64,000 nucleotides of DNA from Aquificaceae bacterium (GCA_037924335.1 JAXSMZ010000003.1:1-64000), one strand, 5' to 3'. Positions 38,363-48,970 are shown, counted from the stretch's first letter. Notes: a model not told the origin generated them from the letters alone. Translations and numbers: made by a program.

Positions 38363-39012
38363 AAAGGTTTGTCTGGTACCTTTTCCCAGTCCTTTAAGAA
38401 AAGCTCTAAACCTCTATCTGTAAGTGGATGGTTGAAGAGCTTCTTCATAACTTCAAAGGGCATAGTGCATATATCCGCACCTATTAGGGCAGCCTCAGCA
38501 ACGTGCATGGGATGCCTGACGCTTGCTACTATTATTTCAGTTTCTATGTCGTAGTTATCGAAGATGGTCTTTACATCCTTTATTAGCTTCATCCCCTCTC
38601 CAGATATATCATCTATCCTACCTATGAAGGGTGATACGAAGGTTGCACCAGCCTTTGCAGCTATGAGCGCCTGAGTAGGAGAGAACACCAAAGTTACGTT
38701 TACTGGTATGCCTTCAGATTCTAAAGCCTGGACTGCCTTTATACCTTCTGTTGTCATCGGTACCTTTACGACAACGTTATCCCCAAGCTCGGCGAGCATT
38801 CTCCCTTCCTTTATCATACCCTCTGAATCAAGGGATACAGTTTCTAAGCTTACAGGACCGTCTACCAATTTTACTATCTCCTTGGCAACATCCATGAAGG
38901 GTCTTCCTGTCTTGGCTATCAGGCTTGGGTTTGTAGTAGCTCCGTCCAGTATACCCCAATCTAGAGCCTGCCTTATCTCTTCCACATTTCCAGTATCAAG
39001 AAAGAACTGCAT
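38359..39012 (-). CDS. tal: Transaldolase (FSA/MipB short type)
   Basis: DT...[32 protein letters not shown]. Confidence 0.9.
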   Translation of the reverse strand: MQFFLDTGNVEEIRQALDWGILDGATTNPSLIAKTGRPFMDVAKEIVKLVDGPVSLETVSLDSEGMIKEGRMLAELGDNVVVKVPMTTEGIKAVQALESEGIPVNVTLVFSPTQALIAAKAGATFVSPFIGRIDDISGEGMKLIKDVKTIFDNYDIETEIIVASVRHPMHVAEAALIGADICTMPFEVMKKLFNHPLTDRGLELFLKDWEKVPDKPF

Positions 39013-39030
39013 GAGAACCTCCTTTTATAA

Positions 39031-40353
39031 TTATACAACACTTCTTGGTCTTCCTAAAAAATCCATCACTTTGCTTGCCAGATTATGGGATACTTTTATG
39101 CAATCCGACACAGACACACCATGTATGTAGTTTCCGCCCAAGAAGAGGCCAGGTTGCTCCTTCTCTATAGAGTTTGCAAGCTCTATATACTTTCTATATC
39201 CCAAAGTGTACTGGGGTATACCCCTTTTCCAGCGAGTAACCTTTAAAAATTCAAACTCCTTTATGTCAAGTATATTTTCAAGCTCCTTCTCAACTATGCT
39301 CATAACAGCTTCATCTTCGTAGTCTACCACCTCTGGGTCTGTTGCTCCGCCAAGGTATACAGTCAATAGTTCTCTAACTTCTGGGCTTCTTCCATCAAAG
39401 AGCTGTGAGGAGAAGATAACTCCTAGAATTCTTTTCCTTTCCACTCTTGGAACTAAGAAACCAAAGCCTTCTGGCAATAGTCCCTTTTTGACAGAGACAT
39501 GCACAACCAAGAGGGGAGCATAGTATATATTGTCAAACTCCTCCGATGCACTCCAAGATAAGTCTCTGAGCAGATAGCTTGTAGACGTCGCTGGAGCACA
39601 GACAATAACTGCCTTTGCTGTCAGTTTACCCTCCTTAGTGTCCAGAAGGAAAAGGTCATCCTTTCTTCTTATTCTGAGAACCACGTTGCTTTTACTGATG
39701 CTTAGACCTTCTGATAGCTTATTTATCAAGGATGCGTTTCCATCTTTGAAGGATACTAGCCTTCCATTGGGTCCAATAGCCTTGAGCTTTATAGCCCCCT
39801 TTATCAAACTTCCAAACCTTTTCTCCAACTCGTACACTTTCCTCACTGCATACCTTACAGAGAGCTCCTCTGGGTCACCGGCATAGACTCCAGACACAAA
39901 CGGTGAAACTATGTAATCCAAAAACTCCTTTCCCAACCTTCTTCTGACAAAAGCCCCTATACTTTCCTCCTCCTTTTGAGACCTTTGAACGAAAGGCTCC
40001 TTTAGAACTCTTAGCTTTGCTCCTAAGGAGAGCAAGGGTGATGTAAAGAACTCTATGGGTGACAGAGGAAGAGCTAAAAGCTTTCCTTTTTTGTATATGT
40101 ACCTTTTCTTTGAGGAGGGGTTAGAATATATAGGTTCTATGCCTACATCCTTAAAGAAGTTCTCTACGGAATCGTCAGCTAAGATGGTCTGTGGCCCAAG
40201 CTCCAAAAGATAACCATCTCTGTATTCGCTCTGTATTTTGCCCCCAATTTTATCCTCCTTTTCGAGGACATTGACATCTACTCCGGCTTTTTTAAGATGA
40301 TAGGCTATCGAGAGACCGGATATACCACCACCTATGACGGCAACCTCTATCAT
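39031..40353 (-). CDS. hemG: Protoporphyrinogen oxidase (HemY type)
   Basis: [33 protein letters not shown]. Confidence 0.9.
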   Translation of the reverse strand: MIEVAVIGGGISGLSIAYHLKKAGVDVNVLEKEDKIGGKIQSEYRDGYLLELGPQTILADDSVENFFKDVGIEPIYSNPSSKKRYIYKKGKLLALPLSPIEFFTSPLLSLGAKLRVLKEPFVQRSQKEEESIGAFVRRRLGKEFLDYIVSPFVSGVYAGDPEELSVRYAVRKVYELEKRFGSLIKGAIKLKAIGPNGRLVSFKDGNASLINKLSEGLSISKSNVVLRIRRKDDLFLLDTKEGKLTAKAVIVCAPATSTSYLLRDLSWSASEEFDNIYYAPLLVVHVSVKKGLLPEGFGFLVPRVERKRILGVIFSSQLFDGRSPEVRELLTVYLGGATDPEVVDYEDEAVMSIVEKELENILDIKEFEFLKVTRWKRGIPQYTLGYRKYIELANSIEKEQPGLFLGGNYIHGVSVSDCIKVSHNLASKVMDFLGRPRSVV

Positions 40354-41156
40354 GACTTGTAAGGAACGCCTTTAAGAGGGGAGGATGGAACTGCGTATGT
40401 TCTCTTTGGCATCCTACCAGCAAGGTAAGAGAACCTACCGGCTATAACTGCATACCTCATAGCTATAGCCATCTTTACAGGATCCTTTGCTTCAGCCAAG
40501 GCTGTGTTGGTAAGTATGGCATCCACTCCAAGCTCCATAACGGGGGGTATGTCTGCAGCGCTCCCTATACCAGCATCCACTATCACTGGGACAGAAACAG
40601 CCTCCTTTATGAACATTATGTTATAAGGGTTTTGAAGTCCAAGCCCAGAACCTATTGGAGCTGCCAATGGCATTACAGCGGCACAACCTACATCTTCAAA
40701 CTTCTTAGCATATATGGGGTCATCAAAGATATAAGGAAGAACCACAAAACCCTCTTTTACTAGAAACCTGGCAGCATGCAAAGTCTGCTCCATATCTGGG
40801 AGGAGCGTCCTTTGGTTACCTATGACCTCGAGCTTTATCCAGTTTATGCCCGTTGCCTCTCTTGCAAGAAGAGCAGTCTTTATAGCCTCCTCTGCTGTGT
40901 AGCATCCTGCTGTGTTGGGAAGTATCAGATACCTTTTGAGGTCTATGTAATCCAGAAGGTTTTCTTTAGTGGGGTCTGTTATGTTTACCCTTCTTACGGC
41001 TACTGTTATTATCTGGGCACCGCTGTGTTCTAACACTTCCTTTGTCTGCTGAAAGTCCTTGAACTTACCAGAGCCTATGATGAGCCTGGACAAAAATGTC
41101 CTTCCCGCTATCTCAAGCGGATCATCCTGAAGAAACTTTTCTATATCTTGCATCAT
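40350..41156 (-). CDS. thiG: Thiazole synthase
   Basis: [31 protein letters not shown]. Confidence 0.97.
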   Translation of the reverse strand: MMQDIEKFLQDDPLEIAGRTFLSRLIIGSGKFKDFQQTKEVLEHSGAQIITVAVRRVNITDPTKENLLDYIDLKRYLILPNTAGCYTAEEAIKTALLAREATGINWIKLEVIGNQRTLLPDMEQTLHAARFLVKEGFVVLPYIFDDPIYAKKFEDVGCAAVMPLAAPIGSGLGLQNPYNIMFIKEAVSVPVIVDAGIGSAADIPPVMELGVDAILTNTALAEAKDPVKMAIAMRYAVIAGRFSYLAGRMPKRTYAVPSSPLKGVPYKS

Positions 41157-41359
41157 CCACCTCCTACCAGATGTATGACCTCTACGCTATCTCCTTCTTT
41201 TATATACTTGCTTTGATACTCTCTCTTGAGAATTACCTCGCCGTTTATAGAAACTGCGAGCCCCACATCCCTGTAAGCTATACCTAAATGAGACAAAAGT
41301 TCCAGTACACTCATACTTCCTTCAATTTCTTTTTCCTCTCCGTTTATCCTGACCAACAT
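41153..41359 (-). CDS. thiS: Sulfur carrier ThiS
   Basis: INGE...[14 protein letters not shown]-terminus, coupled to thiG. Confidence 0.93.
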   Translation of the reverse strand: MLVRINGEEKEIEGSMSVLELLSHLGIAYRDVGLAVSINGEVILKREYQSKYIKEGDSVEVIHLVGGG

Positions 41360-41447
41360 TTTGGAATTAAATATATAGCCAAGCATAGGATTTTCAACTT
41401 TGCAAATATGCAAAAGTTTCTGTACAAGTGCAAAAACAAATTAGGAC

Positions 41448-41476
41448 TTGACAAGGTATTTTTTGTATGCTAGAAT
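41448..41476 (+). promoter_or_regulatory. Sigma70 promoter of the porin gene
   Basis: TTGACA-N17-TAGAAT with extended -10 TG. Confidence 0.85.
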
Positions 41477-41510
41477 TTAGGTATTAAATCCTTCAAAGGA
41501 GGGTAAGAAC

Positions 41511-42677
41511 ATGAGGAAGAGTCTTTTAGCAATGGCAGCCCTTATGGGAGCGGCGGTACTGCCAGCAGAGGCGGCAGTCATCAGAATTGACGAAGACACT
41601 TTTGCCAACACAGGCCTCAAGCTTCAGATCTGGGCACAAAGGCTTGGAAAAACAACCCCAGGTGGTAAGGACTTAACAGACTTCTCCATCACCAATGCCA
41701 GAATCTACTTCAGCGGACAGGTCAACAAAATGGTCCAGTTTGGAGCTAACCTTGACTTTGCTTTGCATGGAGCAGGCTCTGGAAGAGGACTCCATCAGGG
41801 TACAGAAGTCTCCAGGGCAAACGATGCTTTCATCAATTTAAAGCCTATGAATGAAGTTCAGCTGATGGCAGGTCTTTATAGGCTTCCCTTCTCAAGAGCT
41901 ACCCTTACAGACAGCTATAGCTACTATATACCGACGGGCTATGGCTACAGCATAAGGGGGAATATGTTTGCTCCCTTTACAGTAGGCTCCGACATCAAAA
42001 ATGCTTACAGGGATGCTGGGGTCACCCTTTGGGGTAACGTAGCGGATGGTCTTCTCAAGTATCAACTTGGTGTGTTTGATGGAAGATGGGACCACGTAAA
42101 CCCTCTTGGTGTGAAAGACAACGTTGCCTTCTCTGGAAGGCTCCAGTTTACTCCAACTATGCTTGGTTTCAAAGCTGAAAAGGGCTTTACCTTAGCAGAC
42201 ACCTACCTTGGAAAACAGAATGTGCTCTCCATAGGTCTCGGTTACAACACCCAAAAATGGGATGATGGTAAGGGCAACTCAGCAACAGCAAAGGCTTGGA
42301 CTGTTGACGCCATGTGGGAGCAAAAGTTTGGAGACATAGTGCCTAACCTCCAGCTTGGCTATCAAGACAGAAAGGATATGCCTGCTGCCACACTTCCTGG
42401 AAAAGTAAAAGACAGAGCTTGGTACGTTCAAGGTCAGCTTCTCTTTGACCAAGTTGTAGGGCTTGGAAAACCAGCCCTTGGTGCAAGGTACGAAAATCAG
42501 GATGACAGAACGGCTGCTAACAGAGACACAAACAGGACAGGTGTTTTCCTCAACTACTACGTAAAGGGTCAGGATGCCAAGATCCAGTTGGGTGCTGACG
42601 TTGTAAGCTTGAAGAACAAGAGTGCTACTGAGAAGAACTACACAGACTGGACATTGGCCCTTCAAACACAGTTCTGA
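41511..42677 (+). CDS. Outer-membrane porin (OprO/P-like beta-barrel)
   Basis: Signal peptide, AR..FSG, PFSR..L, YRDAGV, alternating beta-strands, C-terminal QTQF. Confidence 0.82.
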   Translation: MRKSLLAMAALMGAAVLPAEAAVIRIDEDTFANTGLKLQIWAQRLGKTTPGGKDLTDFSITNARIYFSGQVNKMVQFGANLDFALHGAGSGRGLHQGTEVSRANDAFINLKPMNEVQLMAGLYRLPFSRATLTDSYSYYIPTGYGYSIRGNMFAPFTVGSDIKNAYRDAGVTLWGNVADGLLKYQLGVFDGRWDHVNPLGVKDNVAFSGRLQFTPTMLGFKAEKGFTLADTYLGKQNVLSIGLGYNTQKWDDGKGNSATAKAWTVDAMWEQKFGDIVPNLQLGYQDRKDMPAATLPGKVKDRAWYVQGQLLFDQVVGLGKPALGARYENQDDRTAANRDTNRTGVFLNYYVKGQDAKIQLGADVVSLKNKSATEKNYTDWTLALQTQF

Positions 42678-42687
42678 AAAGACAAAA

Positions 42688-42713
42688 GCCCCGCTTCGGC
42701 GGGGTTTTCTTTT
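42688..42713 (+). terminator. Rho-independent terminator after the porin gene
   Basis: GCCCCGC-TTCG-GCGGGGT followed by a T-rich tract. Confidence 0.9.
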
Positions 42714-42726
42714 ATAATCCTTATAT

Positions 42727-43272
42727 ATGTCTATCTTAATCTTTCTTATATTTCTCATAACTTCCTGTAGTGCGGAGGATAGAAGCCAAAATCCTACTCT
42801 TGGTATAAACTCCAAGGATGTCCCCTGTAAGGTAGTTCACGTTTCAGACGGTGATACCTTTAAATGTATGCTCTCCTCTGGTGAGGAGATAAAGGTAAGG
42901 CTCATCGGCGTTGATACTCCTGAAAGTCATGTAAACCCAAAGGCAAGAAGGGATTCTCAAAGAAGCGGAATAGACCTGGAAGATATGATCAAGATGGGTC
43001 AAGAGGCATATAGGTTTACAAAAAGTTTGATAGATAAAAAAACAGTCTATTTAGAAACGGATGTTCAACTTACGGATAGATACGGAAGAATTCTGGCATA
43101 CGTGTGGTTGGATAGGGAAAGGATGCTCAACGAGGTGCTTGTAAGAGAAGGTTACGCTCAGGTTTACACCATTCCTCCAAACGTTAAGTATCAAGAGAGA
43201 TTTCTAAAGGCACAGAGAATGGCAAGTGAGGAAGGAAAAGGCTTTTGGAAAGGTTGGAAGTACGGCTTTTAA
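42727..43272 (+). CDS. Thermonuclease (SNase) lipoprotein
   Basis: Lipobox ITSC, DGDT, VRLIGVDTPE, DRYGRILAYV. Confidence 0.92.
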   Translation: MSILIFLIFLITSCSAEDRSQNPTLGINSKDVPCKVVHVSDGDTFKCMLSSGEEIKVRLIGVDTPESHVNPKARRDSQRSGIDLEDMIKMGQEAYRFTKSLIDKKTVYLETDVQLTDRYGRILAYVWLDRERMLNEVLVREGYAQVYTIPPNVKYQERFLKAQRMASEEGKGFWKGWKYGF

Positions 43273-44597
43273 AAGGTTATCTCTCTCATGATCTCTTCTG
43301 GAACTCCCACGTTATCCCTGAGCTGTCCATTTCCAAAGATTATGAACTTCTCTATGGTCAACTCCTCTAAAGCCATTGGACCCCTTGCGTGTATCTTATC
43401 TGTAGATATACCCATCTCTGCTCCCATTCCAAACTCGTTGCCATCTGTAAACCTTGTGGACGCGTTAACATACACAGCTGCTGAATCTACCTCTGTCAAA
43501 AACTTCATAGCCCTTGTGTAGTTCTCTGTAATTATGGCATCAGAATGCTTGGAACCATATTTTTCTATAAAATCTATAGCCTCTTCTATGTCATTAACTA
43601 CTTTTACAGCAAGTATGAGGTCCAAAAACTCCTCGTAGTAATCCTCCTCTTCTGCTGGCACAGCTTTAACAAAAGAAAGCTTTTGGTTGGACTTTATCAC
43701 TTCTAAACTCTCATCATCGCACCTTAACTCCACTCCTGCCTTTCCAAGTATGTAGGCCATCTTTGGAAAAAACTCTTTCAAGGTCTTTCTGTTTATAAGA
43801 AGGTTCTCCACCGCATTGCACACAGATGGTCTTTGAACTTTAGCGTTGTAAACTATGTGATAGGCTTTCTGTAAGTCTGCCTCATCATCCACGTATATGT
43901 TGCAGACTCCTTTGTAGTGCTTTATCACTGGCACCTTTGCATTTTCGGAGACAGCCCTTATTAGGCTCTCACCCCCTCTCGGTATAGCAACGTCTACCTT
44001 GCCCTCCATCTGCAGAAGCTCCCAGACTATCTCCCTCTCTGGCCTGTCTATGAACTGAATGGCATCCTCTGGGAAGCTTGTCTGTCTTGCTGCCTCTCTT
44101 AGTATCTCCACAAGGATCCTGTTAGAGTTTATGGCTTCCTTTCCACCCCTTAAAATTATGGAGTTGGATGACTTCATGCATAGGGATGCAGCCTCAACTG
44201 TCACATTGGGTCTAGATTCGTATACGATGAAAACAACCCCTAAGGGAACCCTCATCCTTCCTACTTTCAGGCCGTTTGGTAATGTCCACATCCTTGTTAT
44301 CTCGCCAACTGGGTCTTTAAGATGAGCCACATCCCTGAGAACCTTCATCATACCGTTTATCCTCTTGTCGTCAAGAAGAAGCCTGTCAATGAGTGCAGAA
44401 GAAAGACCCAAGCTCTTTGCATACTCAATGTCCTTTGCGTTCTCCTCCTTTATTAGCTCCCTTTTTTTGTCCATAAGCTCAGCAGCTAAGAGAAGGGTTT
44501 TGTTTTTTGTATCCGTCTTTAAAGATATAAGACTGCGCAGTACCTTTCTTGCTTTTTCTACCTTTTCTTCAGCATAGCTAAGAGTTTTCGAACTCAT
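43269..44597 (-). CDS. proA: Gamma-glutamyl phosphate reductase
   Basis: VYESRPNVT, PRGG, RPSVCNA, NASTRFTDG, STDKIHARGP. Confidence 0.97.
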   Translation of the reverse strand: MSSKTLSYAEEKVEKARKVLRSLISLKTDTKNKTLLLAAELMDKKRELIKEENAKDIEYAKSLGLSSALIDRLLLDDKRINGMMKVLRDVAHLKDPVGEITRMWTLPNGLKVGRMRVPLGVVFIVYESRPNVTVEAASLCMKSSNSIILRGGKEAINSNRILVEILREAARQTSFPEDAIQFIDRPEREIVWELLQMEGKVDVAIPRGGESLIRAVSENAKVPVIKHYKGVCNIYVDDEADLQKAYHIVYNAKVQRPSVCNAVENLLINRKTLKEFFPKMAYILGKAGVELRCDDESLEVIKSNQKLSFVKAVPAEEEDYYEEFLDLILAVKVVNDIEEAIDFIEKYGSKHSDAIITENYTRAMKFLTEVDSAAVYVNASTRFTDGNEFGMGAEMGISTDKIHARGPMALEELTIEKFIIFGNGQLRDNVGVPEEIMREITF

Positions 44598-44645
44598 GTT
44601 GAAGATTTTACCCCTTACTTATTTTTCAGTCAACTTGATTGAATT

Positions 44646-45602
44646 CTATTTCCTTTTTGAATAAGTACCATAGGATAACGTGGCTTGCACGCCCAAGATT
44701 TCTGGGTCAAAGGGTAGGTATGTTCTTTTTGACTTGGAAAGACCGTCGATATGTATGCTTGATTTACTCGTAAAAGCGTTCCTTCCTACTATAGGTTTGT
44801 TAGGTTCAAGTTCAAGCCCCTTATTTATAACATAGTCTATCATCTGACGAAGTCCCATTATATCTATACCTGTGTGTATCTTCTGTACAACTTCAAGATA
44901 GAGAACAACCTCTTCAGTTGGAGCTATACCACATCTTTCACCCAGCCCCAGTAAAGATGTGTTTATATACTTTGCACCAGAAAGTGCTGCTACCACAGAG
45001 TTTGCTGTAGCCATACCAAAATCGTTGTGAAAATGTACCTCCACATCTATTATGGGTGAAAGTTCTCTAACAAGCTCAACCACCTTTATCGGATTTAAAA
45101 CTCCAACCGTATCAGATAGTCTTATCCTATCTGCGTCCATCTCTTTTATGTGGTCTACAAACTTGAACACAAAGTTTTTATCAGCACGGGATACATCCTC
45201 AAGCCCAACGGACACGTAAAGGCCATGAGTCTTTGCATAGGGTACTAAGTTCTTAGCAAGGCCAAGCACGTATTCCCTTGTCCTTCTTAACTTTTCTTCT
45301 ATCATGATGTCGGATATGGGGAATGCTATCTCTACTTTTTTAACCTTACACTGGATAGCGAGTTCTATATCCTTTTGGTTAGCTCTATTCCAGACGATCA
45401 GCTTTTCTGCATACTGGCTTTCTGCAAGATCCTTTATGTATTCCCTCTCTTCTTCGCTGTAAGCAGGAACACCAGCTTCTATTTCCTCCAAACCAATTAG
45501 AGCCAAGAAGAAGAATATATCTTTTCTCTCTTGATAAGAGAGTTCAAAACTTGCCGACTGAATACCCTCTCTTAAGGTAGTATCCGTTATAAATACCCTC
45601 AT
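44646..45602 (-). CDS. NifV-like homocitrate synthase (DRE-TIM family)
   Basis: DTTLREG.Q, EIEAG, W.R, EDVSRAD, RIRLSDTVG, HFHNDFGMATAN, GLGERCG; no LeuA regulatory domain. Confidence 0.8.
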   Translation of the reverse strand: MRVFITDTTLREGIQSASFELSYQERKDIFFFLALIGLEEIEAGVPAYSEEEREYIKDLAESQYAEKLIVWNRANQKDIELAIQCKVKKVEIAFPISDIMIEEKLRRTREYVLGLAKNLVPYAKTHGLYVSVGLEDVSRADKNFVFKFVDHIKEMDADRIRLSDTVGVLNPIKVVELVRELSPIIDVEVHFHNDFGMATANSVVAALSGAKYINTSLLGLGERCGIAPTEEVVLYLEVVQKIHTGIDIMGLRQMIDYVINKGLELEPNKPIVGRNAFTSKSSIHIDGLSKSKRTYLPFDPEILGVQATLSYGTYSKRK

Positions 45603-46696
45603 ACCATGCTCCCTATTTTTTCTAAAACATCCCTTAGAGTGTTAAGGAATGTTTTTATATCCCCTATGGATGTAAGAGGTGGTACTCTTATGAAGAGAAG
45701 GTCTTCAAAACCACACTTCTCCTTTATCCTACCCTTTACCCTGTTTACCATGCAGGGAGATGGATAGCTCAAAAAATAACCCTTCTTTTCCATGAAGGAT
45801 ATTAGCATTTCTGCCTCCATGTCCTTTAAACCATAAGAAAAAAGGCCAGGAGCCTTCCAACCTTCTTTAAAGACTGGAGGAAGAGATAGATTTTCCATAA
45901 TGTATCTGTCGCAAAGGTTGAGGCTTTTCTTCACAGCCTCCTCTCTTTCCATCAAAAGTGCTATAGATTTGGATAGTGAGAATGTCCCAAAGAGATTTTC
46001 CTCTCCAGCTCTTAATCCCCTCTCCTGAACCCCCCCTTCTATCAGAGGCTTGACCCTTACATTTTTTCTCACGTAAAGAACACCTACTCCCTGAGGTCCA
46101 AGCAGGAATGGTCCATCCAAGCTTGCCATATCAAGATCCCTCAAGTCAATCTGGCTGGTGGGATAATAAAGTCCCCACAGATCAAAGTGGCAAAGGGTGT
46201 TCGGATTTGCTCCTTTAACTGCCTTTGTAATTCCATTTACATCCCTCAACGTCGCCGTTTCTCTGCACACTGCCCCCATGGTGACCAACAACGTATCTTC
46301 AGTGACAGCATCTTTTACACGCTCTGGGTCTATGAAACCTGTTTTGTCTGTCCCTAAGTAAACTATCCTTAAGCCTTGTTTTTCTGATAGAGTTTTTAAA
46401 GGGTGTAGGATGGAGGGGTGTTCAAAATCGGTGGTAATTATGCTACCCCTTTTGTTCCACACAGCACCTTTTATAGCAAGGTTGTTGCTTTCCGTAGAGC
46501 TTGATGTAAAAATTATTTCAGAGTTAGCACATTTAAGGAATTCTGCCACAACTGCCCTTGACCTTACAAGCATCTCCTTTGATTTTGTGGATAATGTGTT
46601 TAGTCCAGAAGGGTTTATAAAAAAGTAGGGTAGATTATTGTAAACTTCTCTAAAGACCTCTGGAAAAGGAAAGGAGGAGTATGGTTCATAGATCAT
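45599..46696 (-). CDS. NifS/IscS-like cysteine desulfurase homolog lacking the PLP lysine
   Basis: FTSSSTESNN, EHPS, GPQGVGVLYVR and GG.QERGLR are present, but SGHK reads DGPF. Confidence 0.8.
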   Translation of the reverse strand: MIYEPYSSFPFPEVFREVYNNLPYFFINPSGLNTLSTKSKEMLVRSRAVVAEFLKCANSEIIFTSSSTESNNLAIKGAVWNKRGSIITTDFEHPSILHPLKTLSEKQGLRIVYLGTDKTGFIDPERVKDAVTEDTLLVTMGAVCRETATLRDVNGITKAVKGANPNTLCHFDLWGLYYPTSQIDLRDLDMASLDGPFLLGPQGVGVLYVRKNVRVKPLIEGGVQERGLRAGEENLFGTFSLSKSIALLMEREEAVKKSLNLCDRYIMENLSLPPVFKEGWKAPGLFSYGLKDMEAEMLISFMEKKGYFLSYPSPCMVNRVKGRIKEKCGFEDLLFIRVPPLTSIGDIKTFLNTLRDVLEKIGSMV

Positions 46697-48482
46697 GCAT
46701 AAACTCCTCTAAGGAAAGCCTGACAAGCGTCTCTTTTGTTGGCTTACCTTCCTTATCCCAGCCAAAGGCATTGTAAAACTCCTTTATCATAGACACAAGT
46801 TCCTCTTCTGTAGTTCTGTACCCCATCTCTGTACATTCTTTCTTTATCCTATCGGGCAACGTGTCATCCTTTCTGGAGAAGCCCTCTTTCACATTGAAAA
46901 GTCTTTCGAGTGTATAGATCCTTTCTCCTATCTTGTAAAGCTCGTCCATGGAGATTTCCCAATCCATTAGGGCGTTAACCATATTCAGTATCTCCTCATT
47001 GAGCACGTACCCCACAACCCTTTCCGCACTAAGACAGTAGATGATGCTGTTGACCACACATGTCCAAACAGCAAGGTCCTTACCCATTTTTCCTTTACCC
47101 TCTGGCTTTCCTAAGGGTACTATGTTATTCTCTTCCATTCCAGGCCTTATATCGCAATGGACTGGTCCCCTGTTGGAAACAGCGTAACCAAGAGCCTGAG
47201 TCTTTACAGCCCTTGGAGAATGTCCTGCTATCTCCGTACCTTTGACTGTCAAAAGAAAGGACTCTCCTATACCAAGGAACTTAGAGGCCCTCTGAGAGCC
47301 TTCCGCAAGCACATTACCTATACCTTCCCTAAAAGCTATCTTCTTTAATAGTTTTTTGACAGCCTCAGTGTTGCCAAAATTAAGCTCAAGTCCATCCAAA
47401 CTTTCCCTACTTATGAGCCCCTTCTCATAACACTCCATAATCCATGCTACCACTCCACCGGTCTGTATCTGCCCAAGCCCAAGCTCGTCTGTCAGCCTAT
47501 CCAAGCTTATCAGCTCATCCAAATCCCAGTTTCCAATGGCTGTTCCCATAGAAAAAATACCCTCATACTCCGGACCAACTGTGAAGGTATCTTTACTCAC
47601 AGAGTATTTTCCACAGGGAACTATGCATCCAAAACAGGAAATATCCTTTATCACCTTACTCCTCAACGATTCTCCGCTGATCTTTTCTGCAAAGGGGAAG
47701 GTCTCCCTTTGCCAGTTGTATGAGGGCAGAGCTCCAATGTGCTGAAGATGCATAACCCCTGCAGCCGTTCCAAACATCACAAGATTCTTAACTCCAGGAT
47801 GTTTATGGACTTTTTCCTCAAAGCCTTTTATAAAGTCAATGAGTTTATCAGGATTACGAGGTTTTAATAACCTTTCCCCTCTTACTGTGATAGCCTTTAC
47901 TCTTTTTGAACCGAGGACAGCACCAATACCACCGGTGCCCACAGCTCTTAGGTCTGATATAACGCAGGCATACTTTACAAGATTTTCACCAGCTGGACCG
48001 ATAACGAGAGTTTTCACATCCTCTCCATACTTTTCCTTTAGCTTTTTTTGAGCAATACTCGTGTAGGAACCCTTTAGTTCCTCTGTCTTGTTGAAGTAAA
48101 CCTTATCGTTCTCTATGTGTATATGTGTCCAATCATGGCAAGATCCGGTGAGTATAATACCATCCCACCCGGCAAACTTTATTTCCTGTCCAAACTCACC
48201 CCCGCAGAAGCCTTTGGTAAAGCCCAGCGTCTGGGGAGATTTGGTAAACATAGCAAGTTTTGAAGCCATCGGTAAAAGGGTACCGTTTGCTGGGCCTGTG
48301 TTGATTATCACAGGATTATCCTCTGAAAGAGGGTCAGAACCTCTTTTTGTAAACTTGTAAAGAAGGTATACACCTAAGCCGTTTCCTCCTAAGTACTTCT
48401 CTACAAGCCCTTCAGGTACTTCGTAAACATCGTACTTCCTTTCTGTAAGGTCTATTAGAAGATACCTTCCCCACCAACTCAT
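46686..48482 (-). CDS. Aldehyde:ferredoxin oxidoreductase family (W/Mo-pterin) catalytic subunit
   Basis: YLGG.GLG, KSPQT, GPAGENLV, GAVLGSKRVKAI, CFGCIVPC, GPEYE, ERLFN...G...DDTLP.R. Confidence 0.9.
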   Translation of the reverse strand: MSWWGRYLLIDLTERKYDVYEVPEGLVEKYLGGNGLGVYLLYKFTKRGSDPLSEDNPVIINTGPANGTLLPMASKLAMFTKSPQTLGFTKGFCGGEFGQEIKFAGWDGIILTGSCHDWTHIHIENDKVYFNKTEELKGSYTSIAQKKLKEKYGEDVKTLVIGPAGENLVKYACVISDLRAVGTGGIGAVLGSKRVKAITVRGERLLKPRNPDKLIDFIKGFEEKVHKHPGVKNLVMFGTAAGVMHLQHIGALPSYNWQRETFPFAEKISGESLRSKVIKDISCFGCIVPCGKYSVSKDTFTVGPEYEGIFSMGTAIGNWDLDELISLDRLTDELGLGQIQTGGVVAWIMECYEKGLISRESLDGLELNFGNTEAVKKLLKKIAFREGIGNVLAEGSQRASKFLGIGESFLLTVKGTEIAGHSPRAVKTQALGYAVSNRGPVHCDIRPGMEENNIVPLGKPEGKGKMGKDLAVWTCVVNSIIYCLSAERVVGYVLNEEILNMVNALMDWEISMDELYKIGERIYTLERLFNVKEGFSRKDDTLPDRIKKECTEMGYRTTEEELVSMIKEFYNAFGWDKEGKPTKETLVRLSLEEFMHDL

Positions 48483-48700
48483 GACACAAACTCCAAAGCA
48501 TTTAGAAGACAAAAATCAATACAGTACAATTCCTGACAATCTTCACAATAGCCTAACCTGTATGCGATGGGTTTATTCCCTATGTCCGTTTTTATTTCAA
48601 TGGAGGAGTACCTTGGATTAAAACCTCCCTTTTTATAAAAGGAACAGGCCAACATGCACCTTTTGCATCCTGAACAAAGGTCTAAGTTTAACCTTATCAT
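48479..48700 (-). CDS. 4Fe-4S ferredoxin-like subunit
   Basis: CSGCKRCMLAC and CEDC...CIDFC; coupled to the AOR gene. Confidence 0.85.
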   Translation of the reverse strand: MIRLNLDLCSGCKRCMLACSFYKKGGFNPRYSSIEIKTDIGNKPIAYRLGYCEDCQELYCIDFCLLNALEFVS

Positions 48701-48701
48701 C

Positions 48702-48956
48702 TTAGCCTCCTGCAGTTGGAAGTGTTATCACAAGCTCGTCATCTTCCTTCACCACCTCCGTGTCCTTACAAACCAGTCTACCGTTTAGTATTAGAAGTAT
48801 GCCCTCCCACAACTGGCCTCCGCTGTAAAGGAGTGCATCCATACCCTTTAAGTTTGAAACCCTGTCAAGCACATCCTTTATGTTTTTAACGTTTTCTATT
48901 TCAATGACCTCCTTTCCAGCAACATACCCAAGGTAGCCCAACAGTTTCACCCTCAT
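48702..48956 (-). CDS. MoaD/ThiS-family ubiquitin-like sulfur carrier
   Basis: ILNGR...DDELVITLPTAGG with C-terminal GG. ATG 48956 is preferred because ATG 48965 lies upstream of the predicted sigma54 +1. Confidence 0.85.
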   Translation of the reverse strand: MRVKLLGYLGYVAGKEVIEIENVKNIKDVLDRVSNLKGMDALLYSGGQLWEGILLILNGRLVCKDTEVVKEDDELVITLPTAGG

Positions 48957-48970
48957 CCTAGACATTATTG

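Noticed and set aside
41360..41447. TPP riboswitch upstream of thiS-thiG
   Set aside because: No CUGAGA core or GC-rich stems; the region is short and AT-rich.
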